DNA of 58,988 nt, counting the filler, from Dirinaria sp. TL-2023a (Eukaryota), in the NCBI GenBank assembly GCA_051941275.1. It is 5 parts of 5 records of this genome, joined end to end, with 100 filler letters (N's around TTAATTAATTAA, not from the genome) between each part and the next. Parts side by side here need not be neighbours in the genome. Positions count along the whole stretch, not along the records: positions 11,847 to 23,582 come from JAVEBF010000822.1; positions 23,683 to 35,402 come from JAVEBF010000823.1; 3 more parts are not named here. The stretch is one strand, 5' to 3'. A program made the translations under genes and the position numbers. This document shows, in pieces, positions 11,747 through 24,475 of this stretch (position 1 is the stretch's first letter; every line of letters starts with the position of its first letter). The notes under the pieces are model-generated. The model was given only the letters and a program-made list of their open reading frames with translations, searched no databases and had not been told where the DNA came from.

Positions 11747-11846
11747 NNNNNNNNNNNNNNNNNNNNNNNNNNNNNNNNNNNNNNNNNNNNTTAATTAATT
11801 AANNNNNNNNNNNNNNNNNNNNNNNNNNNNNNNNNNNNNNNNNNNN
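11747..11846. other. Artificial contig spacer N44-TTAATTAATTAA-N44
   Basis: 12-mer giving stops in all six frames, flanked by Ns. Confidence 0.98.
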
Positions 11847-13436
11847 CCTTCCCCTCCTTCCTCGCCTTCGTCTCCCTCGCTTCAATCCCCCTTTCCGCAG
11901 CCAGCCGCAACCCCTCACTCCACACGAGGCCGCAATGCATCTCGTACAACCGGAGCAAAGTCTCCACACACAGACTCACTTTCGCGTTATCGGCCACGGC
12001 GAGCGTGTTGGCGGGGAAGGGGAGGTAATACCTTTCGAGCATTTTCTGCTCGAGGTTGTCGTCGGGCGGGACGGGCGCCGCGGACGCGATCAGCGAGCGC
12101 AGCATGTACTGCGTCAGCGTCGAGGAGGCAGCCGCTGTCATGCTGCCGCTGAGGGCGAGGGGCGAGAGGAAGGTGAAGAAGGTGGGCAGCGGGAGCGGCC
12201 GGATCAGGGAGTGGAAATGCTCGTAGAGCGAGCGTAGTGGGAGGAAGGCCGTGGGGAGCACGGCGGAGAGGGTGGCGAGCAGGGAGAGCAGCCGCAGGCG
12301 CAGCGTGATGGCTTGCAGGCCGCCGAGTAGAGCGGCGCCGTTCGGGATGCCGTCTGATGCCGGGGGAGACATGAGGTGGGGAGAAGACGCTGCTCCTTCA
12401 GGCGATTCTTCCTCCTCTTCTTCGAGGTCCGAAGACGAGGACGCCATGTAATCCCCGTAGTTGTCCGCTTCGATATCCATTTTGCTTTCCGTGCGCTTGG
12501 CGTCCGAAGAATCCCTTTTCCGCTCCTTCGTCTCGTTCCTCCATATCTCTGGGAACTCGGTCATGCTCCGGGTCGTTGCGTCGGCGAAGATGGCGCGCAG
12601 GACCTTGCGCTCGTGGCCCGTGGTCAGTGTGTCGGCGGACAGGTAGTGCACGATCATGCTTTGCCGAAGCGGGGTTAGATCTTCTTTGTTGCCGCTTTGC
12701 TCGACTGCGATCCACCGCGCCTCCCAATCCCGCTCGAGTACCTGGATCATGAATTCAAGCCAGGGGCTCCACCATCTCCAGCGATGCGGGTAGCGGACGC
12801 TGCAGTTGAATGCCCAGCCTACCACCTGCCACAGGTCCTCCGCTTGCCACCAGAGCGAACCTGTAGTCGCCAGCTCGCTGTTGATGTCCGGGTCATCTTT
12901 GAGCGGGTCGTTCTCGTCGGTGGTTCTTCGTCGACTTGCCCCGCTGCGACGGCTAGAAGTACCGATACCAGAGAGCGTGAAAGCGTCTTTGAATTTTGCG
13001 TTGATGGGACCGGTGAGCTTGAGGACAAGACGAAGGTAGCGGAGGGCGAGGTTTGAGGCTTGCAGGCGGTCGAGTGACTTCGCTCGCGAAGTCAATGTTG
13101 GGTGGACCGCGAGAGTCGCTGCGAAGGCAAGATGTTGGGGCGGAGGGAGCAGCGCCGGCGTGAGAGAACCGGCGCCAGACGAAACAAGGGATATGAGGAG
13201 ATTGAGCGCTTGTGTGTCTATGCAGTGTCGGTCAGTATATCATGGTATTTTGCTGGTCTCGTACGTAGGCCTTCTTCGAAATAGATGCAGCAATGTTCGC
13301 GGAGCGCGAAGGGTAATTGTTTGACGGCGCGGTAACAGGGTGGTGAAATGCCCTCCTCGGTGGGGCTTGGTGGAGACGAACTTATTTCTTTCGATGGAGA
13401 CGATTGTGCTGATTGAAATGATAATGGCGAGCTCAT
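11847..13436 (-). CDS. Uncharacterised fungal protein, 3' truncated at the contig end
   Basis: Exon 1 13436-13265 (MSSPLS..QLPFALREHCCIYFEEGL), intron 13264-13218 (GTACGA..CTGAC..TAG), exon 2 in frame with ORF 11791-13095 (HLAFAATLAVHP..DLWQVVGWAFNCS..RWRWWSPWLEFM..YYLPFPANT..NAKVSLCVETLLRL). Confidence 0.85.
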
Positions 13437-14673
13437 GCTGGCAACACCATGGAAATTTCTCGATTCCAACCCACACCGAAGTTGCTACGTGGAACATGCA
13501 AGAAGAACGCGTGCTGCTGCTGAGTCACGTGAATTCTCAGACTAGCATGTATATTAGCCAAGCTAACCACTTGCAGAGTTTCCTGATCTTTCGTCGGACA
13601 CCTGTGACGGACATTTCCTTAATAGGAATGACCAATGGAAAACGGCAGCTGCTCATATTACTTACCGATCAGTGATTCATGTACTAGACCTCGCTCTGGC
13701 TATTTTCCAGGCTCCTGAATCTACAAGCATCCTGTAGGGCCCAATCTCTCATTCCACCCACCCGTTGAAGCCAGCGGCCACAATATTTGACCTATCCTCC
13801 GCTCATCCTCAACTCCTGGTCTCGTCGTCCTGGTTCAGATTTTTCGTCTGATCATAGAGCGTTGTGGTGTTGGCTACAAGAACGAAACTGGATGAAAGTT
13901 CATAGTGCACTGTTGAAGCTACTCAGATGAGACCGGTGAGCGAGCTAGTTAGGTGGTGGGAATAAATGGGAAGGAAGAAAGCCGGCTAAAAGGATTCTCT
14001 CGGAGATCACAAGCATGTATCATTGAAACTTCGTACTCGAATCTTTTGTTAGCAACAAAAAAAAGGTACTAAAGCCAAGTCACTGTTATGTAGCCCGCTT
14101 AGGGGCCTATTGCTGATGATATGGAAGATGTATTGCTTTCCTACATTTGCCTGTACATACATGCTTTGAGGCCATGCTCGCGCCATGCAGGGGGGTATTT
14201 GTGTGGATACCATAGATCCAGATACGATCTTGCTCTGAAAACATTAACTGCTCAGGTCTCGTTGCCGCTGGATAACATCAGCGAGTCTGATGTTCGCAAG
14301 CCATTCTTCTGCGCGCTGTAAGTCGCAGTCTGAAAATGCTCTGCGACAAAAATATTCCTTTTGAAAAGTGTTGTGAAGTGGAGCCGGGAAAACCGTGGTG
14401 GACCTCGAAGCGTGAGTGCTGTACTGCTCTATGAAGTGGTTCATACTGGGTAAAATGATGCTGCCCAAATTGGACCTTGGCCGATGCCCTTTCAGAGTCT
14501 GATTACGCAAGTTTGAGCTCATCAAAATCGGAGCGCGGCTCGGAAAGCTCGAGCAAAAGCAGACTCGGTTGAGCAAAAGCTTGTTATTCTCGGATTCTGT
14601 GACTCGTGGATGTTGGTTTGACACAGACAATCCCTCGGCATCGAAGCTACAACTCTTGAGCATCAAACCAAGA

Positions 14674-17463
14674 TCAGGAGTTATTAGGCGACCTTGATAG
14701 CTTCGTGGAGCCATCGCTTCCTCGACGACTCTTGGGAAGTTCGTCCTCTCCAAACTCGTCTGCACTGGTGTCGGCAGTTTCAGCCGCTTCTGCATCTCTT
14801 TCGACAGTGTTGATGGCTGTGAAACCATTGCTCGAGTGCCTTGAGTCACTAGTCGATTGCGCACCCGAGCTATGATCTTCCGCAGCCATAGTGGACTGAT
14901 CAACGTCTTCATCTTCGCTCTCAGCAACGAAAAGAGCGCTCTTAGGCTCAGGCGCTCTATATGCATTGGCTGGTTGATTCTCTTTTTTGATCTTTCGCCT
15001 CTTCTTCATTTTCTCGAGCTTCTCCTGATATTTCCGCTTTTTATTCTCTGCCTTTTCCTCCTTTGTCTTTGGACGAGGGGCGTGGCCATAGCCATGCAGG
15101 CCAGGATCCCATTTCTCGTCCAAGTTCTGGTCCTCATACATCTGCATGGTCAATAGTGCGTTGACCATGTCTTGATAATCGTCCTGATTCGCTCTAGGGC
15201 ATCTCTCCTTCATCATTTGCCAAGCGGCCTTCTTATCTGGCGCCGACCACCTCGCGCGAAATTCTTCATTGCCCAATGACTGCCATGGTACGTTATCCTC
15301 GTCTAACGCTGTGCAGGTGGACAGTGCGAGCAAAAGCTCATGTTTGTCACCTGACCTCATCAACTCAGCTCTTCTCATAGCCTTCACGGCTCTCCACGGA
15401 TTTTTGGTTGGCTTCCTCACAACTTCTTTTATCTTGCGACCTTTTCGTGCGGCTCTAAGCTCTGTCATGAAGCGGCGCTTGTCCTCTTTTTTGAGGTGAC
15501 TCCATTTGAAGCTGCACTGTAACCTGGATCTTGTACCATGCATGCGATCACTGACGGATTGCCAATTGATAAGTTTAGAATCGTCTTCGTGCTGGTCAAA
15601 GTTTGGAGGCACGTCAGGTAGATCTCTGCCTTCATATGATGCTTCCCAGGCCCTTATTCTTTCTTGCTGCATACATTGTATACAGTCGACCACGGCTCTG
15701 ACCAGATTCCTGACCTCAGCGTCCGTCCAATGCTCTTTGTGGCGGTGCTCTGCGTTGACGAGGTAGTTGCGATATCTATCTCTGACGTCTTCGGGAAAAC
15801 GGTTCATGATTTGACCAACTACGACCCAGGACTTGCCCTTTTCCTCCACAGCTTGCTTCAAAAGTTCATCGTCTTCGGGTGTCCATGTGCCGCGGACTTC
15901 GAAGTTATGGAACCGGCGTCGACAAAAGCGTTGTATAGAGGTCTTTTTGCGGTGAGGAAGGATTTCGTACATGCCTTGCCACATGTCCGGGGCTTTGGGC
16001 TTGTCGCGCTGGCGTGCTTGTACCAGCTCATTGAAGTGCCAAAGCGATACTGCGTAGTCCTCGCAGTAATCCTCTCTATAATCTTCCAATTTTGCAATCT
16101 CGGCACCAGTGAAGGGGCCCCCTTGTCGAGCTTCATCTTCTGAGATGGGGCTGGAGGGCTGTGATTTCCGACCAGTCTTAGAAGCTTTGGGTTTGCTTGC
16201 TCCTGTTTTCCGAGTGAGCGAAGTGGATCCGTTCGGACCTTCCTCAGTAGGGTGCTCCGCTTCTCTGTGAGGGCCAATGGACGAATGCGAATTTTGAGCC
16301 TCTTGTGAAGATTGCCTTTGCATATCTTCATAACCTGGAAGCACTTGATCTTGCTGCTCGTCATTTGGCGTGCCAGAGCTGCCAAACGGCGGGCTGTGGC
16401 TGACGAGAGGGTCCGTAATTTCCGAGCGCTTATGCTTTTGCTTCGAGCCTGATGATTTTTGTTGCAGCTTACCCTTACTAGCTTTCGTTGGACTTGAATG
16501 ATAAGCATGGAAGTGTGCCGCCTCTTGGGTTTCTTCCATTATTTTCGGGTCGACGGGCAGAGCTTGCTCTGGAATATCATCAAAGAGGTTAGCAGGGCCT
16601 ATATCATTGGCCACGCAAAAATCATCGAATGCTTTGAAGTCAATGTCAAATGAATGCTGACCTGTGTCATTCAGCGGCTCTTGACCCTCTTCAGCATGGA
16701 GGTCCGAAGAGGGTAAAGAGCGCTTTCTGTGCTTCTTCTTGCGTTTCTCACGACCTTCGCTATTATTATTGTCGTATAAAGGCGGCGAGATCAACTGGCT
16801 GTCCGCTGTGGACATTGTATGGCCGCCTTGATCTGCGTCAGGTTGCTTGTCCGAGATGTGGAATGGGTAGGAGCGCATGTCCTCCGCTTCGTAGTCTTGG
16901 AGAAGCGAGGTCACATCCCCGTCGTCGCTGTTTATGTCATCAAGATTGAGCGACGACTGAGGCACATCTGGGCGCTCTTCGAAGAGTTCGTCAATTTCGT
17001 CCATTCCTTGTTGAGACACAGAAGCTACTGGGGATTCTTTTCGCTGTCGAGGTAGGACGAGATCCGTCCGCTTTTGAATACCACCAACTTCCCGCTTCTC
17101 CTTATGGCGCTTCTTTTTACGTTCCTCACTTCGCTTGTGCTTCTTGGAGACGGGCTGGAGGTCCGACAGTTCAGGAGCTTGGCTGTGGTGGCTTTCGTGC
17201 ATCAATTGAGATGACGCAGCTGTGCCATCTTCAACACCGTCGACGGATGGCAGCCTGACAGTGTTGACCGCGCCTTCCCGCATTTGCATTAACGCGCGCG
17301 CACTTTCCTCCTCATCATGATCCCCTCCAGCGCGATGTTCACTTCCCCGCGGTTTTTTATGCTTGCGCCTTCGAGATTTGTTCTCTACTTGTCTAGTGCC
17401 TTGATCTGTAACCGTTTGTGGCACACTCGAGGGCTCAATCTGAGACGATGTTTGGCCCATCAT
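14674..17463 (-). CDS. Myb/SANT-repeat DNA-binding protein (Reb1/Nsi1/Eta2-like)
   Basis: 929-aa ORF with GPFTGAEI..RRRFHNFEVRGTWTPEDDELLKQAVEEKGKSWVVVG..NRFPEDVRDRYRNY..HWTDAEV..INWQSVSDRMHGTRSRLQCSFKW; basic NLS-like clusters; long disordered N-terminus. Confidence 0.85.
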   Translation of the reverse strand: MMGQTSSQIEPSSVPQTVTDQGTRQVENKSRRRKHKKPRGSEHRAGGDHDEEESARALMQMREGAVNTVRLPSVDGVEDGTAASSQLMHESHHSQAPELSDLQPVSKKHKRSEERKKKRHKEKREVGGIQKRTDLVLPRQRKESPVASVSQQGMDEIDELFEERPDVPQSSLNLDDINSDDGDVTSLLQDYEAEDMRSYPFHISDKQPDADQGGHTMSTADSQLISPPLYDNNNSEGREKRKKKHRKRSLPSSDLHAEEGQEPLNDTGQHSFDIDFKAFDDFCVANDIGPANLFDDIPEQALPVDPKIMEETQEAAHFHAYHSSPTKASKGKLQQKSSGSKQKHKRSEITDPLVSHSPPFGSSGTPNDEQQDQVLPGYEDMQRQSSQEAQNSHSSIGPHREAEHPTEEGPNGSTSLTRKTGASKPKASKTGRKSQPSSPISEDEARQGGPFTGAEIAKLEDYREDYCEDYAVSLWHFNELVQARQRDKPKAPDMWQGMYEILPHRKKTSIQRFCRRRFHNFEVRGTWTPEDDELLKQAVEEKGKSWVVVGQIMNRFPEDVRDRYRNYLVNAEHRHKEHWTDAEVRNLVRAVVDCIQCMQQERIRAWEASYEGRDLPDVPPNFDQHEDDSKLINWQSVSDRMHGTRSRLQCSFKWSHLKKEDKRRFMTELRAARKGRKIKEVVRKPTKNPWRAVKAMRRAELMRSGDKHELLLALSTCTALDEDNVPWQSLGNEEFRARWSAPDKKAAWQMMKERCPRANQDDYQDMVNALLTMQMYEDQNLDEKWDPGLHGYGHAPRPKTKEEKAENKKRKYQEKLEKMKKRRKIKKENQPANAYRAPEPKSALFVAESEDEDVDQSTMAAEDHSSGAQSTSDSRHSSNGFTAINTVERDAEAAETADTSADEFGEDELPKSRRGSDGSTKLSRSPNNS

Positions 17464-17765
17464 ATTCCGGGTTGCTGACAGGTAAGCCAGCGCCCCAACG
17501 CAAGAGTGGCGTTGACCCTTCCAAGATACCAGAGAGTTTTGAAGAGTGAATGTAAAGAGTTGAGCCGGGTAATCGGAGTGAAGAGCGACAAAATTTTGGA
17601 CTCGCTTAGCAAGGCGCTAGTACAGAAGGAACTTTAGTGTAATTGCTGAGAGGTGGAACGATGGGAAGTCCCTCGACTACACCACGGTCAATTAAGCCAA
17701 TAGACAGAGCAGCAGCGACTGGAGAACACAAATTAGGAGGCAGAAGATGACGCAAGGTCTATGCT

Positions 17766-19362
17766 CTATTTTTGAGTCCTGGGTTCTAACAGTAGTCGAC
17801 CAGAAGGACAGGCCCCATTGCCAAATCCCTTCTCCTTATCAAAAACTATGTTGCCCCTGAGCCACGTTTGTCTGACCGACCCCTTCAAAATCTTACCCTG
17901 GTAGGGCGAGCATTTGTTTCTGAACAGCATACTGTCCGGCGCGACCTCGAAGGTTGCTCCATCGTCAAAAACAGCCACGTCGCCATCGAACCCAACGCGG
18001 AGGTCCCCTTTCTGACGTTCTAGGCCTACCTGCTTCGCCGTGTTCATACAACACCATCGAACGACGTCCTCAATTGAGATGCCACGCCTCTGGCCTTCAG
18101 TCCACAGAATACTTAAGCCTAGCCCGACCGAGCTAACCCCTCCCCATGCCGCAAAGAAGTTGCCATTGTCTTCAGCTTTTCTGGCACCGCCATTGGCAAT
18201 GCTATGCGGAAGCAGTTTCAGACTAGGTGTGCACGGCGAGTGGTCGGAGACCACCGTGCCAATGACGCTTTCATTGTCTCTTAGAAGCTCGTTCCAAAGG
18301 CTGTCCTGGTTTGATTTGGTCCGGATAGGAGGGCAACATTTGTGTCGTGTATCGCCATCCTTAATGGCTTCGGCAGCTAATGATAGATAATGGAAACATG
18401 TTTCTGCTGTGATGTTGACTCCATCGGCACGTGCCTCTCTCAAGAGTGGTATAGCTTCAATCGCTGACAAGTGGACGATGTGCAGTGGCAGATCTGGGGC
18501 TAACGCCGAAAGCGACAAGATCTGAGATATCGCGTAAGTTTCAAATGAGGCTGGACGCGATGCGAGGAAAGTCCTGTACTCGTTCAACGGTCCTATCGGA
18601 GCTAGTGGAGGCAATGACCACTGGACGTCATCACCAACAGAGTCTGCAATTGGTGGGATCATTTCGGCATGAAACATAAGCACGGTAGGCTCATCGGCCA
18701 GTTCAGCCATTGCTTTTGCTATATCAGTCGAGGATACTGCAGGGAATTCTGCAACCTATCGCATACGGTTAGTGCAGTTCCTAAGCAGCACATGGGTTTC
18801 ATACTCCGCTGTCAATCAAGAACCCCTTGAAACCCCTGACGCCCTCGCGAACGAGTGGTTTCAATTCCTTGGCATTGCCGGGGATGATACCGCCATAGAA
18901 GCCTACGTCGACCCAGCACTGTCCCTCAGCAGCTCTTACTTTCTCTTTCAGCCCCTGAACGGTCGTGGTAGGCGGGATTGCGTTCAACGGCATATCAATT
19001 ACAGTAGTGACCCCGCCGAAGGCTGCAGCCTGCGTACCCGTCCAGAAGCCCTCCCATTCTGTCCTGCCCGGCTCATTCAGATGTACGTGCGTATCGACAA
19101 GGCCCGGCAAAAGAATGAGCGGAGAATGATCGACATAGGGGGTCTGGGGAGGAAAGTATGACGCGGGTAGCACTGAGTGGAATATCGAAGTGATCTTGCC
19201 CGTGTGCTGCGATATGACAATTGTTGCAGCAGTTAATCTGCTGCCTACAACGGCTCGAGACGAGGCTAGGACGGTAATCTGAGGATGATTTGTCGGCGGC
19301 TCAAACTCCGGGGGGGTAGTTGCTGGGGTCGGATACGAATTGATAGCATCATGGGTAGACAT
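17766..19362 (-). CDS. DAL1: Allantoinase
   Basis: PGLVDTHVHLNEPGRTEWEGF..GTQAAAFGGVTTVIDMPLNAIPPTTT..GVRGFKGFLIDSG; intron 18804-18756; MFHAEM, LHIVHLSA, AETCFHYL, KCCPPIR, VVSDHSPC, AWGG. Confidence 0.95.
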
Positions 19363-19479
19363 CGTGGTTAGTACGTCCGATCCAACAGGGTAGCCACGGT
19401 GCTTAGTTTGCGTTCATTGGCAGAGATTGGTAGGAGACTATAATCTGGCACAGTATCTCCAGTAGCTAAGTAAGGAACG

Positions 19480-20139
19480 CGATAAAGAGCTTGGAGATTA
19501 AGATAGGGAAAGTACGGTGGGAAGGAAAGACAAGAGTAGCCGCTTGTCTGGCAAGGGTATCTTAAGGTAAGACAAAGGAGTTTAAAGACAGATAGCCTCT
19601 GTCGGGTGCATCGACACTCTTATCTCTTCCGCAGTCATTCTACCACTCCCTCTTCCGGGTACTGCTCCTGTGCTCCATATGCCCCGTATCAGTAAGCCTC
19701 CGATCTGACCCGTGGAGTGTCGATGAGTGGGCGCTGCCTCCCCAGGCTTTAACCAGAAAGAGCGCGGTGCCATTAGAGAACTCATCCACCGATCCATTGC
19801 CGGTAGAATCTTTTACTCGATAGCTACTTCGGAGACCTTATCGACGACTAAGACGGCGCAGAAGTTAGCACGGACATGAGGTGCTGCAACGTTTAGGTCG
19901 TGTGAGAAGTACCTACATTAGATTAGCTAGTTATTGGACTCCTATCGGTTTTTCACGATCCAGAGAGACGCGGTTCTGCTTACCCTACGCAGCCCTAGTC
20001 CGGAAAGAGTTAGCGGCAACTGATAACAACGGAGCCTTATCCGCTGGCCATCACATGCTTTTCATTGGCTTCCTCCGGTGGACTGCGAAATGAATGATTT
20101 TGACCCTCTAACTTGGGAAACGTTCCAGCCTGGAGATAA
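19480..20139. promoter_or_regulatory. Cluster of HGATAR sites upstream of allantoinase (putative AreA/NIT2 nitrogen regulation)
   Basis: Nine HGATAR matches counted at about 19480, 19501, 19590, 19620, 19818, 19838, 19942, 20021 and 20134. Confidence 0.65.
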
Positions 20140-20699
20140 TATGAAAGAAACGCTGGAAATGCTCACGTTGAATGAATTGGTGGACTCGTGGAAAATGCAG
20201 GTACAATTCTTATATCCGTACTGACCTGGCAAGGTCACCGACTGTGCCTTTCATTCGGCCGAATTTGGAAGTTCGAGGTCGCCGGACACGGAAGCTTAAA
20301 ATATCTCATCGAGTAATCGTTACTCGATACAAACATCACCGCCACGGAATCAAGTGACCTCACCACAATCCCCACGGATGGTTCAACCACATACGTAGAC
20401 CATGGCTAGTCTGCTTATTGATCCCTTCAAAGAGAACGTTAGCTTCGAGCGATACCTCTGTGACCGGGGAAACCCACGTTGATCTGTCCGAGGAATCGCT
20501 GCCTTGAAGCCCACTGCCTTGTGATCGAGTAATGGCCTGGTTGAAGTGGTCCGCTCCAGTTGGATTAACCAGCATCGAAGGTACACATTTAGCGCATTGG
20601 GATGTGCTCATGCATCGAAGCCCTTCAGTATGGCTGAATTAACTTGTCTCTTTAAGATGCTCCGTTGACACCTTCGATGGAGTCGCACAGGTTCTTTTT

Positions 20700-21547
20700 T
20701 CAACCTGCCCTGATTGACCTTTTGCGGACATTCTCCTCTGACGCAGACCTTCGCGCGGTTGAAAGGGGTTCTATTGGGCTGCATTTCTCATGCTCGCCGC
20801 CAATGACCCAGGTCTTTGTTATCTCCTTGGTCTCAGCCCGTTTTTGCTCCCTCTTCCGAGCCTCCTTGACTCTCCGCAGGTATCCGGTATAAACAACAAC
20901 TTCTGCGACACCAATCATTCCACTACCACCCATGCTCAAACCAAGTCGTGCCGGTGTGTTCCAATGTCTTGCAGCAAGCCAGATTGCCACACTGCAGGCC
21001 ACGATTGATACTATGATATTGATGATTAGAGCCATTTGCCGGTTGATGTCTGCGTACGTCATCTCGTCGTGTTCACCAATGTCAGCTTGCGAAAAGGGGA
21101 ACAGCTGGGCACCACGAGATCCGGGGAAACGCTGCTCGAAAGTCTCCATGGCTGGAGGTGGATGGATCATGCGCTCGTATGCACGAGCTTCCTCTTCGCG
21201 ACGAAGACGTGCCATCAAGGTTTTGTACTCTGAGGTCTGCAAGCATTAGCCCTTGTAGTATACGTGTCCAGTGATAAGCATACTGGCTCCGCTCTTGGTG
21301 CTGGAGTCTGGATATATATTTTCGAGCCTCTTAGTAGATGTTCTAGATGCGACGAATAGGAAGGGAGATTGTGGTCTTGGTTTCTCAAGGACTTCGAGAC
21401 CGCAATAAGCTGCGTATGTGAGACTGGATTTCCCACAGCAGGGTCGGCCAGCGATGGTTCTGCGACATCGTTAGGTAGGATCACCTTAAGCTCATCACAA
21501 GCTTGTATAGCTGTAACAATATCCGGTGTCATGGTAAGTAGAACCAT
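20700..21547 (-). CDS. VMA12: ER V-ATPase assembly factor (Vma12/Vph2/TMEM199 family)
   Basis: MVLLTMT..LEHLLRGSKIYI..P; intron 21283-21237; TSEYKTLMARLRREEEARAYERM..INRQMALIINIIVSIVAC; two transmembrane helices; AEVVVYTGYL. Confidence 0.88.
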
Positions 21548-21848
21548 CCTGCCATGGTACCACCTGCACAGTGTGCAAGTTCAGGAATTTATAACTGGAA
21601 CAAGTTCTTTGCACGCAATTTGATCGAGCCTCGACGTGACAGATCAGCCAATCCTTGCACTCGTACCCCTGCCGCAGATCTTTCGTGCTCAAGATCTTCA
21701 AGATCTTCAAAAAATTTTATCAGATTGATCGGGTCACGGAGGTCCATTTAAATGTCTAACTTAGCCAGAGACGCCATGTCATAACCTCCCGTTGCGAATC
21801 GCCGCAATGGAGCTTAAATGCTAAAGAATCGCCGCCGCCACCTCAGTC

Positions 21849-23292
21849 ATGAAACCTCCCAGGTCGGCCACTGGAGCGGTGTCATGCAATTCTGCTGTCT
21901 CTCGCAAGAGATGTCCTGAATGCTTTCGGCCAATTTCTAGATCCCTTCCACGCCTTATATCTTCCACAAAGCTTTACCATCCTCCTAGACGGCGTACGCA
22001 ATCTACATGGGCCCAAGCTGTGTCAGCTGCGCACGATCTTTTCAACAATGGACAACAGACGGACAGTAGGCTTGCAGGAGTGTCTGTGGACCCCTTGCGG
22101 ATTGTTGGAAAAGAGATGAGATTTCTTACGAAGAACATACAGCAGCTACTTGGGTCGGGCCACCCAGTTCTCGATACGGTAGCGAGGTACTACACCAATT
22201 CAGAGGGAAAACACATTCGACCCCTCCTGGTCTTACTCATGTCCCGCGCCATATCTTTGACACCGAAAAGCTCGAGGCATCGTGGCACGCCTACTGCGCC
22301 ACTCATCGATAATCCCATTGCTCCACCCACGGTACTCTCGGACACCAATCCTTCCTCTCCGATCAGCAACCCACTCTCGGCGTCCATGGATGCGCCAGGA
22401 AATTCAGACATCACCCCTTCGCAAAGACGGCTGGCTGAAATCACTGAGCTCATACATACCGCCTCTCTACTTCATGACGATGTTATAGACAGTTCAATAT
22501 CGCGGCGTTCTTCACCTTCGGCAAATGTATCATTCGGCAATAAAATGGCAGTGTTGGCGGGCGACTTCCTGCTCGGAAGGGCGTCGGTGGCACTGGCACG
22601 TTTACGCGACGCAGAAGTGATTGAGCTCTTAGCGACCGTGATAGCGAATCTAGTGGAAGGCGAATTCATGCAGTTGAAAAACACGGCTCAGGACGAGGCA
22701 AGACCCATTTGGACCGAAAACACCATCGCCTACTACTTGCAGAAAACATACCTCAAATCAGCCAGTCTGATCAGCAAATCCTGTCGAGCGGCGGCGCTGC
22801 TCGGCCAGTGCACACCGGAAGTGGTGGACGCGGCTTATACATATGGACGGAACCTCGGCCTGGCTTTTCAGCTGGTGGACGACATGCTGGACTACACCAC
22901 GAGCGGGGAAGAGCTGGGAAAACCGGCCGGCGCGGATCTGGAACTGGGCCTTGCCACGGCGCCCTTGCTGTTCGCTTGGAGGGAGCATGCGGAGCTCGGT
23001 GTGCTCGTTGGCCGGAAATTCGCGGCCGACGGCGATGTCCAGATGGTATGTCCCTGAGTCCCACAAAAAAAACAAACGTGTGTTTTTTTTTTTTTTTCGA
23101 TCGTCCAGCTTACCAAGAATTTTTCAAAAGGCCCGCGACATCGTAGCCCACAGCGACGGCCTCGAGCAAACCCGGGCTTTGGCGCAGGAGTACGCCGACA
23201 AAGCAGCCCAAGCGATCGACGGCTTTCCAGACTCGGAAGCGAAACAAGGGCTGCTGGAGATGTGTAGCAAGGCCACCAAGCGAAGGAAATAA
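21849..23292 (+). CDS. COQ1: Mitochondrial polyprenyl (hexaprenyl) diphosphate synthase
   Basis: GKHIRP, ELIHTASLLHDDVID (first Asp-rich motif), GNKMAVLAGDFLLGRAS, LGLAFQLVDDMLD (second Asp-rich motif), GKPAGADL; intron 23046-23130; ends ATKRRK. Confidence 0.95.
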
Positions 23293-23582
23293 CCGCCCCC
23301 TTTTCTTTTTTAGGAACCTCCCTCCCTTCCACTGTACATATCCTGCGAAATCCTTCTCCCTTTCAATCCTAGAGCTAGAATGGGGGCTGGATACGAAGCA
23401 TCGCATGTCATCCACTCAACATAGAAAACCCCTCCTATAAAAAGTTAGACAAAAATAGAAAAAAGTTCGGCGCCATGCAAATGGTGCTCTGCTCTGCTCA
23501 GCAGCACAAACAAAAAACAAACACAAATACACGCCTCCTCCCTAAATCTATCAATACATACAGTATAAGGTATCTACTCCAC

Positions 23583-23682
23583 NNNNNNNNNNNNNNNNNN
23601 NNNNNNNNNNNNNNNNNNNNNNNNNNTTAATTAATTAANNNNNNNNNNNNNNNNNNNNNNNNNNNNNNNNNNNNNNNNNNNN
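23583..23682. other. Artificial contig spacer
   Basis: N44-TTAATTAATTAA-N44. Confidence 0.98.
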
Positions 23683-24475
23683 AGACAGCCCTTTTTCCTA
23701 CCCAACCACGGATCTCGTCTTTTTTTCTCGTTTGACCTCGAGATTCCATATCTTTGTTTTTCCGTATGCGTTTCATACCACACCTTTGAACAATATCTAC
23801 AATACTATTTCATCGCTTTTGAAAGCGGGTTTTTGCGCTTTCCAATGAATCTCCCACTGATCTAATTTCTAGATTATGCCCTTCATGAACAGCATTGAAG
23901 GCACTTTTGCGTAATTCCCTGTATCATCTTAGATCATCAATCGCCTAGCAACCACACTTTTATTTTTTTATTTTTCTTTTTTTTTTTTTTTTTTTAAACT
24001 TCCTTCAACAACCGCCTCAAAATCATCGTACCTTAAACAAAATCCCCAGCCCAGCCTAGCTTCAAACCCTAATCTGATCGTACAACCGCGAAAACAGATG
24101 AGGACGTAAGAAACAAAATCTGGTATTCTGGTATCTTCAGCGTCCGTTGAGTTTCATGAAGCATGCATCCTCCGTTGAACTCTGGGGTAGTAGATATGAA
24201 AGAGTGTTGACGCATTGCTTCTTCTTGAGCTGTTCTGCTCAATGCAGAAAAGTTTGCCCGTAGGGACTTGTATGAATTTGGTCATCACAGTAATCCTGCG
24301 CGTAACCCGGTTATCTAATCGTCTGAAGCCCGTTCAAAAGGGGGGGGGATTCTATTCTGTTCCGTTCTATGATTAATGGATAAGTGTCAGTACCGAAATC
24401 CGTCGCTATTGAAAAAAAAAAGTTTGATTATAGTTTTCGCTATTCTCTAATCATTTGGGCAATTTAGGTCCGCAT

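Noticed and set aside
11437..13436. Joining ORF 11437-11746 to the gene ending at 11847
   Set aside because: The two sides belong to unrelated contigs.
14244..14966. 240-aa ORF overlapping the Myb gene 3' end
   Set aside because: Alternative frame with no recognisable motifs; no convincing splice or frameshift link found.
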